Assembly: GCA_963848135.1 (NCBI GenBank)
Contig: CAWKCK010000015.1
Span: forward strand, 1-46,041
From: an uncultured delta proteobacterium
GTDB taxonomy: Bacteria; Desulfobacterota; Desulfobacteria; Desulfobacterales; SG8-13
Direction of reading: 5' to 3'
Length of the DNA: 46,041 bases
The notes beneath the pieces were generated by a model. The model had not been told where the DNA came from. It saw nothing but the letters and a program-made list of their open reading frames with translations, and ran no database searches. Position 1 is the stretch's first letter. Each line of letters starts with the position of its first letter. Shown here in pieces: positions 38,913-46,041 of this stretch. The translations under genes were made by a program, and so were the position numbers.

Positions 38913-41144
38913 ATGATTAGCAAAGAACTTAGCGTTACTTTGGGACTGGCAGTTCGCGAAGCAAAAAAACGGCGCCATGAGTACGTTTGTGTTGAACACA
39001 TTTTGTTCGCCATTTTGTACGACAGTGTCGGCATTGAAATTATAGAAAATTGCGGCGGCAACGTTGAAAACATGAATCGGTTGCTGGAGGAGTTTTTCAA
39101 CGAAAAACTGGAACGGGTTGCCGAAGGCACCGAGTATGTGCTCCAGCAGACCATAGCGTTTCAGCGGGTGATCCAGCGCGCCGTGAACCATGTCCGCTCT
39201 GCTGAAAAACAGGAAGTTGAAGTCAGCGATATCATGGCTTCCATTTTCTTGGAGAAAGATTCCAACGCAGCCTTTATCCTTCAAGGGGAGGGGATAACCC
39301 GTCTCGACGTCCTGAACTACATCTCCCATGAAGTGCCGAAAAATGGCGACGATGAGGTATCTGGCGGATTTGCCAAAACCGAACGCAGGGACAAAAAGAA
39401 AAAAGGAGATCCGCTGGAGATGTTTACGGTGGATCTGGTCAAAATGGCGGCAGACGGCAAGCTGGATCCGCTCATCGGGCGCGAGCTCGAAATGGAAAGG
39501 ACGATGCAAGTCCTCTGTCGGCGGCGAAAAAACAATCCTGTTTTCGTGGGTGATCCGGGGGTCGGTAAAACAGCGATGGCCGAAGGTCTGGCACAGAAGA
39601 TTAATAGCGGAAACGTCCCCGATATTCTCAATGATGTGCGCATTTACTCATTGGACCTCGGGGGCATGTTGGCCGGTACCAAATTCCGCGGAGATTTCGA
39701 GCAGAGGCTCAAGGGTGTGATTCAGGCGCTTCAGCGACTACCCAAAGCGATACTTTTCATTGACGAGATTCATACCATCGTGGGTGCGGGGGCAACCAGC
39801 AGTGGCTCCATGGATGCTTCCAACATATTGAAGCCGGTCCTGGCCACGGGAGATATTCGCTGTATCGGTTCCACCACGTATGAGGAGTACAAGAATCATT
39901 TTGAGAAAGATCGTGCCCTGTCACGCCGGTTCGAAAAAATTGAGATCAGCGAACCCCCGGTCAAGGAAACGATTCAGATTCTTAAGGGGCTCAAATCCCG
40001 CTATGAAGAACACCATGGCATCATCTATACCGACCAGGCCATAAAATCGGCTGCGGAGTTGAGCGCAAAGTTTCTCAACGATCGTTTTCTCCCGGACAAG
40101 GCCATTGACGTCATCGATGAAGCCGGTGCATACATCCGGCTATCCGGATCACCGCGACGTAAGTACATTAATCCGGCAGATATCGAAAAGATCATCGCCA
40201 AAATGGCCCGCATCCCCACCCGCAGCGTGTCGACCACGGACCGTAACAAGCTCGAAATTCTCGAAAACGATTTGATGTCCGTGGTATTCGGTCAGGACGA
40301 AGCCATTCAATCGTTGGTGACGGCCATCAAACGGTCGCGTGCGGGCTTGGGAGCGCCCGGAAGACCTGTCGGCTCCTTCCTGTTCACCGGTCCCACCGGG
40401 GTCGGAAAGACGGAGGTGTCGCGGCAATTGGCACGAATTCTCGGGGTCGAGTTCCTGCGGTTCGACATGAGCGAGTATATGGAAAAACACACGGTGGCCC
40501 GGCTGATCGGTGCGCCGCCGGGATACATCGGTTTTGATCAAGGCGGTTTGCTGACCGATGGAATCCGCAAGCATCCATACAGCATTCTGCTTCTGGATGA
40601 GATTGAAAAGGCCCATCCGGATCTGTTCAATATCTTGCTTCAAGTGATGGACCATGCCACCTTGACGGACAATAACGGTAAAAAGGCCGATTTTCGCAAT
40701 GTCATTATCATCATGACGTCGAATGCCGGGTCACGTGAGATGAGCAGCCGCTCCATCGGTTTTGGGGACAGCGACAAAGACGCCGAACATAAAGGGCAGA
40801 AGGCAATTGAGGGATTTTTTAGCCCGGAATTCAGGAACCGGCTGGATGCAACCATCTCATTTCATGCCTTGACCGTCGAAATCATGGAAAAGATCGTCGA
40901 CAAGTTTATCAATGAACTGAACGAGCAGTTGGCAGCCAAGAAGGTGGTTTTGACGATCACTACTGACGTGCGTTTATGGTTGGCGAAAAAAGGTCACGAT
41001 TCCACTTACGGGGCCCGACCTCTCAGCCGCCTGATCCAGTCCCAAATCAAGGACGGACTGTCCGATGAAATACTTTTTGGCCGGCTGACCAAGGGCGGCG
41101 TCATTACTGTCGATTTAAAGGATGACAAACTGGTTTTTGTCTGA
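38913..41144 (+). CDS. clpA: ATP-dependent Clp protease ATPase subunit
   Basis: Two AAA+ modules ([16 protein letters not shown]), IGF loop, no M-domain, follows clpS. Confidence 0.96.
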   Translation: MISKELSVTLGLAVREAKKRRHEYVCVEHILFAILYDSVGIEIIENCGGNVENMNRLLEEFFNEKLERVAEGTEYVLQQTIAFQRVIQRAVNHVRSAEKQEVEVSDIMASIFLEKDSNAAFILQGEGITRLDVLNYISHEVPKNGDDEVSGGFAKTERRDKKKKGDPLEMFTVDLVKMAADGKLDPLIGRELEMERTMQVLCRRRKNNPVFVGDPGVGKTAMAEGLAQKINSGNVPDILNDVRIYSLDLGGMLAGTKFRGDFEQRLKGVIQALQRLPKAILFIDEIHTIVGAGATSSGSMDASNILKPVLATGDIRCIGSTTYEEYKNHFEKDRALSRRFEKIEISEPPVKETIQILKGLKSRYEEHHGIIYTDQAIKSAAELSAKFLNDRFLPDKAIDVIDEAGAYIRLSGSPRRKYINPADIEKIIAKMARIPTRSVSTTDRNKLEILENDLMSVVFGQDEAIQSLVTAIKRSRAGLGAPGRPVGSFLFTGPTGVGKTEVSRQLARILGVEFLRFDMSEYMEKHTVARLIGAPPGYIGFDQGGLLTDGIRKHPYSILLLDEIEKAHPDLFNILLQVMDHATLTDNNGKKADFRNVIIIMTSNAGSREMSSRSIGFGDSDKDAEHKGQKAIEGFFSPEFRNRLDATISFHALTVEIMEKIVDKFINELNEQLAAKKVVLTITTDVRLWLAKKGHDSTYGARPLSRLIQSQIKDGLSDEILFGRLTKGGVITVDLKDDKLVFV

Positions 41145-41271
41145 TCCCCTATGCAATACAGGCTACCGAGAATTTGATCGCGGCTCGATGGACCGTTGAA
41201 TTTGATCCTGGTTCGACTGCTTTTGACCTTATTACTGTGTATCCGGTTCCCCGTCGCAGGCACTGATCGCC

Positions 41272-41983
41272 ATGCCCGTATTTCTCCTTTTTGAAAACGT
41301 TGCTTTTCCGCCCGCCCATTTTGCAACCCCTGAAGGTCTGTTGGCCGTCGGTGGCGATTTGAGCCAGAAGCGGCTCCTTTCGGCCTATCGAAAAGGGATC
41401 TTTCCATGGTACGCCGATAACGAGCCGATTCTCTGGTGGTCACCTGATCCCCGCCTCGTACTTTACCCGCATGAACTCCATGTATCACGGACGCTTGACA
41501 GGGTTCTGCGCAAGAACACGTTTACGGTCACCATGGACAGCGCCTTCGAAGACGTCATCACGGCCTGCGCCAAGACACGGACCCAAAATGAAGAGGGAAC
41601 CTGGATCGTCGATGACATGCAAGCGGCGTATTGCCGGTTATATGAAGCCGGCTATGCCCACTCGGTGGAATCGTGGCTGGATGGGCACCTGGTCGGCGGG
41701 CTCTATGGTGTTTCGCTTGGGCGTTGTTTTTTCGGAGAATCGATGTTCTCAAACGTCAGCAATGCCTCCAGTGTCGCCCTTGTCGCATTGGCACGCTATC
41801 TCATGACCCTGTCCTTCGATCTTATTGACTGCCAGGTGACCACGGCTCATTTGATGCGGTTCGGGGCCCGGGGGATACCCCGGTCACAGTTTCTAAAAAG
41901 AGCTACGAAAAGCGCTCACCGGTCCCACATTAAAAGGCCAGTGGTCGCATAAATTCCAAAACGGTAAAGATCCTTCCAATTGA
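41272..41983 (+). CDS. aat: Leucyl/phenylalanyl-tRNA--protein transferase; apparent extra A in a homopolymer at ~41895
   Basis: GLLAVGGDL, GIFPW, WWSPDPR, FFGESMF, IDCQ. Removing one A gives the C-terminus FLKELRKALTGPTLKGQW...* at 41983 instead of the stop at 41952. Confidence 0.93.
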
Positions 41984-42124
41984 TTTCTACCCGCGGATGA
42001 CGGCATCATTGTATCTCATGGCTTGACAGAGCATCTGCGAAGACGCAATATAACCCCGCTCCGGTCTCTATCGAATGCCGTGAAATGCCAAGTTATACAT
42101 GCAGCGATCTGAAAGGAGGTGCAC

Positions 42125-42463
42125 ATGGAAAAGGATTGCCTTTTCTGCAACATCAGCGCGGGCAAGACCGATACCCGGTTCCTGTATGAAGACGATCATC
42201 TGGTCGTTTTCAAAGACATCAATCCCCACGCCCCAGTCCACGATTTGATCGTTCCCCGACGACACATCCGCAGTATTAACGACCTGATCGACCAGGATGG
42301 AGAGATCATTTCCAGAATGATCATGGCCGGGCGTGATATAGCCGAGCAGCGAGGTATCAACGAATCCGGTTATAAATTGGTGTTCAATGTGGAATGGGGG
42401 GGCGGGCAACGTATCTTTCATTTGCATATGCACCTTATCGGCGGATGGGAGAAGGGAAAGTAA
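42125..42463 (+). CDS. Histidine triad (HIT) nucleotide-binding protein, HinT-like
   Basis: DCLFCNI, FKDINPHAPVH, HLHMHLIGG; AGGAGG RBS. Confidence 0.93.
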   Translation: MEKDCLFCNISAGKTDTRFLYEDDHLVVFKDINPHAPVHDLIVPRRHIRSINDLIDQDGEIISRMIMAGRDIAEQRGINESGYKLVFNVEWGGGQRIFHLHMHLIGGWEKGK

Positions 42464-42474
42464 ACATTTGCCGC

Positions 42475-43650
42475 ATGTCTGCAAGCAATAACCTATCCGA
42501 AAACACCGATGGTGGTGGTATATACATCCACGTGCCTTTTTGCCTCAGAAAATGCCGTTATTGCAATTTTTATTCTGTTTCCGACGCGTCGTTGCAGCCT
42601 CGATACTTGGAGGCACTTATTAATGAAATGAAATTGCCGCCGATGTTCACGCGGGTATGGAATTTGACACACTCTATATTGGTGGCGGTACCCCGTCGGT
42701 TCTGGATGACGATTGTCTTGCCGATATTATCGCCTCGGCCCACACGATATTCGCCATAGGGCCGGGCGCCGAAGTGACCATTGAAGTTAATCCCGGGACG
42801 GTCGGCCGCGACTCCTTTCGTCGATACCGTTCTTTCGGCGTCAACCGGGTCAATATCGGTGTGCAGTCCTTTCAGGAACACAACTTGAATTTTTTGGACC
42901 GGATCCACACTACCGGAGAGGCCGAGAGCGCATTGGCATGGGCACGCAACGCCGGATTCGAAAACATTGGTTTCGATTTGATTTACGGTATTCCCGGCCA
43001 GACAGTTGAAAATTGGAAACAGGATCTTGAAAGAGCCGCTGTTCACCACCAGCCAGACCATCTGTCTTGCTACACTCTTAGCTATGAACACGGAACACCG
43101 CTTGGAAGGGACCTGGCGAAAGGCAGGTTAACCCCGGCAGATGAAGATCTTGTGGCACAGCTTTACCTGACAACCGTTGAGGTGCTGCAGCGCTGCGGAT
43201 ATGAACAGTACGAGACATCCAATTTTGCCCGCAACCTTGCGTTTCGGTCACGCCACAACTGCAAGTACTGGTATTTTTCCCCTTACCTGGGTTTGGGGCC
43301 TTCCTCGCATTCGTTCTTACCGCCCGAACGCTCATGGAACAAAGCGGACCTCTCTGCTTATCTTGAGGATCTCGAGCACGGTCGCCGCCCGGTTGCCGGG
43401 CGAGGGAGGCGCTGACCGTGAACAGCTGATGATGGAAGCCGTCTATCTCGGTCTGCGTTTGTGTGATGGGGTTGATATTGCCGGCTTCGAAAGGCGTTTC
43501 GGGGTAAAATTCGAGACGCAATTCGAGCGACCGCTATCGGTTTACGCGCCGGCGGGCATGCTGGAGGTCATCAACGGCAGATGCCGCTTAAACCCTCGAG
43601 GCATGCTGCTGCTCGACAGCATTGCCTCTTCTTTCATCGATCGGATCTAA
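42475..43650 (+). CDS. hemW: Radical SAM heme chaperone HemW (HemN-like); apparent frameshifts at ~42636 and ~43405
   Basis: IYIHVPFCLRKCRYCNF, GGGTPS, GVQSF, DLIYGIPGQT, YETSN, HNCKYW, GLGPSSHS, spread over three frames. Confidence 0.88.
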
Positions 43651-45562
43651 CCGGTTTTACGCAATTTGCGTATGTCGCCAATGCGAATGGTCAAGTTCTG
43701 GGAATCGAAGTATTCGATGAGAGGAATGACATATTTACGGGTGGCACCGGTCATTTCCTTAAACTGCGGCGTGGATATCTCGCCATTGGCCGTCAGAAAG
43801 TCAATCAGGTTCTGTTGGAGTCTTTTGATGGCCGCCTTATCGAAATAAAGTTCTTCCTTTACCTTAACGAGCCTGCCGTCTTCCACCAGCAGCATGAGGA
43901 CATCTTTGGCCCGCTGAGTGCCAGTGTTCAATTCCTTACGAAGTTCTTTGAAATACGGCGGTTGGAGCTTGGTTTCTTTATAGACATTGAGGATTTTGTC
44001 ACGAATGCCCTCCTGGTCGGCTTCCAAAGCAACCCTGTGTGACGCCAGGTGAACGGTGTCTTCCGCAATCGCAATGACCGCCTCCTTGAGCATCTGGTTC
44101 ATCAGAAGGGTAAACAACTTGGGACTTATATCCGGCGGCAGTTTTGTTTTCAGTTCCTCCTTTGGCATGCCGGCCTTCAATGGGTGGGCCTTATGATATT
44201 CTTCAAGATGTGTTTGCAAGCGCTGGCGGAGGTTTAGAAAGCCGCTGCTGTGGATGAAGATTCGGTAGTCACGGTCCACGAGCAGAATGTCTTTCTTCGA
44301 CAGCAGACCCTGCAACATCTTGTCTAGGGATTTTTCCGTGATATTGGTCATCAGGATGAGATCGGCGAAAGATGCCCCCATATAGCCGGACTGGTTAATA
44401 TAGTATGCTATCAGGTCATCCGGTGTTTTTTCAGGAATATCCATCAGGTCCTGAACGATGTCCGGTTTAAACCTCTTGTGCTTGGGAGGAATCGGATTGA
44501 GAACCCGGCCGCCACCGATCGTGCGAATCGGTGAGTAGCTCCTTATGACAAATCGGTCATCCTTGACCAAGGATACCGATGTGTCGAGCCGCAGTTGGAC
44601 AGCGGTTTTTTCTCCTGGCGTCAATTCCTCACAGTCGAGTAGGACCAGGTTGCCCAGGATTTCGCTGGTACCGGTATGGAAACGGATTCGAGTGCGGTTT
44701 CTGATGGGTTTCTTGTTGCTGGACAGGTACTGTAGCTGGACATCGACCATGTAGCTCGGTTTTAGCGCGCCTGGAAACGCCAATACCTCCCCCCGATTTA
44801 TGGCAGCCTTCTCCAAGCCCTGGAAATTTATTGCCGTGCGCTGGCCGGCTTCGGCGGCACTGACACTTTGGCTGTGAACCTGAATACCGCGCACTTTGGA
44901 GGTAATCATGGACGGATAGATCATGATCGTGTCACCGGTCTGCACGCGACCGGAGACCAGAGAACCGGTGATCACCGTACCGAACCCTTTCATCGTGAAA
45001 ACGCGGTCTACCGGCAGTCGGAACAGGTTCGATTTGCTGCGCTCGGGAATTTTGGCGCAGATTTCCTCCAAGGTATGGACGAAATCCTGCAGCCCGTGCC
45101 CCTTGACCGCTGAAACCGGGACAATCGGTGTATTATCCAGAAACGTTCCGGCGGTAAAATCGCGTACATCTTCAATGGCGAGTTCCAACCACTCTTCATC
45201 CACCATGTCCGTTTTGGTCAATACCACCAGGGCGATGTTTCACGCCCAGGAGATTGCAAATGTCCAGGTGTTCCGTTGTCTGAGGCATGACGCCTTCATC
45301 GGCGGCAACGATCAAGGCCACGACGTCGATTCCTGCAGCGCCGGCCACCATGTTCTTGACGGACTTTTCATGGCCGGGCACGTCCACGATGCCCACCCGT
45401 TGCCCATCGGGAAGATCCAGCCATGCAAATCCCAGTTCAATGGTGATACCTCGGGCCTTTTCTTCCTTGAGCCGATCGGTGTCGATTCCCGTTACCGCTC
45501 TGATAAAGGCTTGTTTTGCCGTGATCAATATGACCTGCTGTGCCAAGGATGATCTGTTTCAA
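43647..45562 (-). CDS. selB: Selenocysteine-specific elongation factor; apparent frameshifts at ~45506 and ~45234
   Basis: AGGAG RBS, TTG 45562, [55 protein letters not shown]-terminal winged-helix [13 protein letters not shown]...RIGDIR. Confidence 0.93.
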
Positions 45563-45600
45563 TGCTATAGCTCCTGATTCCGTGCGAACGGAAAGTAACC

Positions 45601-45774
45601 TCAGCGTTTCTTGCGGTTGCGCAGGTATTCTGCGAAGTAGGCCAATCCGACCAGGATAACCCCCAGACCGATGATTTTTGGCAACGATACCTCACCGTAC
45701 CACATGCGGGTGGCAAGAACGGCGAAAACAAGGCCGAGAATGGCTCTAATGACGAATCGTTGAAACCCGATCAC
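45601..45774 (-). CDS. Small two-helix membrane protein (57 aa), absent from the ORF track
   Basis: GAAAGGA RBS, GTG 45774, MIGFQRFVIRAILGLVFAVLATRMWYGEVSLPKIIGLGVILVGLAYFAEYLRNRKKR*, with two hydrophobic segments and a basic tail. Confidence 0.75.
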   Translation of the reverse strand: MIGFQRFVIRAILGLVFAVLATRMWYGEVSLPKIIGLGVILVGLAYFAEYLRNRKKR

Positions 45775-45861
45775 ATTCCGTTCCTTTCAATTGGACATGA
45801 GTGTAAGGTTTCATGTATAGTCACCCAGCCCTTTATCGTCAACACTCTTTTGATTTTCCGC

Positions 45862-45890
45862 TTGCAATGGTATGGGTGATCTGATAGACA
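45862..45890 (+). promoter_or_regulatory. Putative promoter of the tRNA operon
   Basis: TTGCAA-N17-TAGACA with TGa extension, 16 nt before tRNA-His. Confidence 0.45.
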
Positions 45891-45906
45891 GGGAGGGTTT
45901 CGATAT

Positions 45907-45983
45907 GGTGGGTGTAGCTCAGTTGGCAGAGCGCTAGGTTGTGGCCCTGGAGGCCGTGGGTTCAAGTCCCATCACTCACCCCA
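45907..45983 (+). tRNA. tRNA-His (GTG)
   Basis: Cloverleaf with extra G-1, D arm GCTC/GAGC, anticodon arm CTAGG-TT-GTG-GC-CCTGG, T loop GTTCAAGTC, encoded CCA. Confidence 0.96.
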
Positions 45984-46028
45984 AAATAAAATTTTGGAAG
46001 CAAATACTTCCAAAATTTTTTAATTTCT

Positions 46029-46041
46029 GCGCCCGTAGCTC
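46029..46041 (+). tRNA. 5' end of a second tRNA (possibly Arg), truncated by the window edge
   Basis: GCGCCCG-TA-GCTC acceptor and D-stem start, 45 nt after tRNA-His. The anticodon is not visible. Confidence 0.6.

Noticed and set aside
1..46041. CRISPR array, prophage, integrase at the tRNA, or an in-frame UGA selenoprotein
   Set aside because: No spaced direct repeats, phage genes or integrase seen. Recognised genes ending in TGA do so at their expected C-termini; only the speculative case upstream of selB is kept.

Overview
A 46 kb stretch of mostly core housekeeping chromosome. Gene content and order suggest a Desulfobacterota (deltaproteobacterial) anaerobe; this is an inference, not a database result. 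In order it carries: an M29 aminopeptidase, two alpha/beta hydrolases, fxsA, an exported protein/Dabb/ADP-ribosylglycohydrolase trio, an HNH nuclease, ugd, ileS-lspA-lgt-like-holA, perR-like/rubrerythrin, an Lrp-gcvT-gcvH-gcvPA-gcvPB-lipB-lipA-hydrolase cluster with a divergent LIV-type ABC transporter, argC, folD, a c-di-GMP-I riboswitch ahead of an M23 peptidase, secA, clpS-clpA-aat, HIT-hemW, selB, tRNA-His and the start of a second tRNA. I saw no CRISPR array, prophage, transposase or clear defence island. About ten apparent single-base indels break conserved genes, mostly near the window ends, and look like sequencing or assembly error. The most notable observations are: (1) a 57-aa membrane ORF missed by the ORF track, whose UGA stop is followed by a hairpin that can bury the selB ribosome-binding site; (2) an lgt homologue that has lost several conserved residues; (3) the riboswitch with a terminator controlling a cell-wall peptidase; (4) two long fold-back elements with nested palindromes flanking ileS; (5) a structured ileS leader. 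All functional readings of these are hypotheses.
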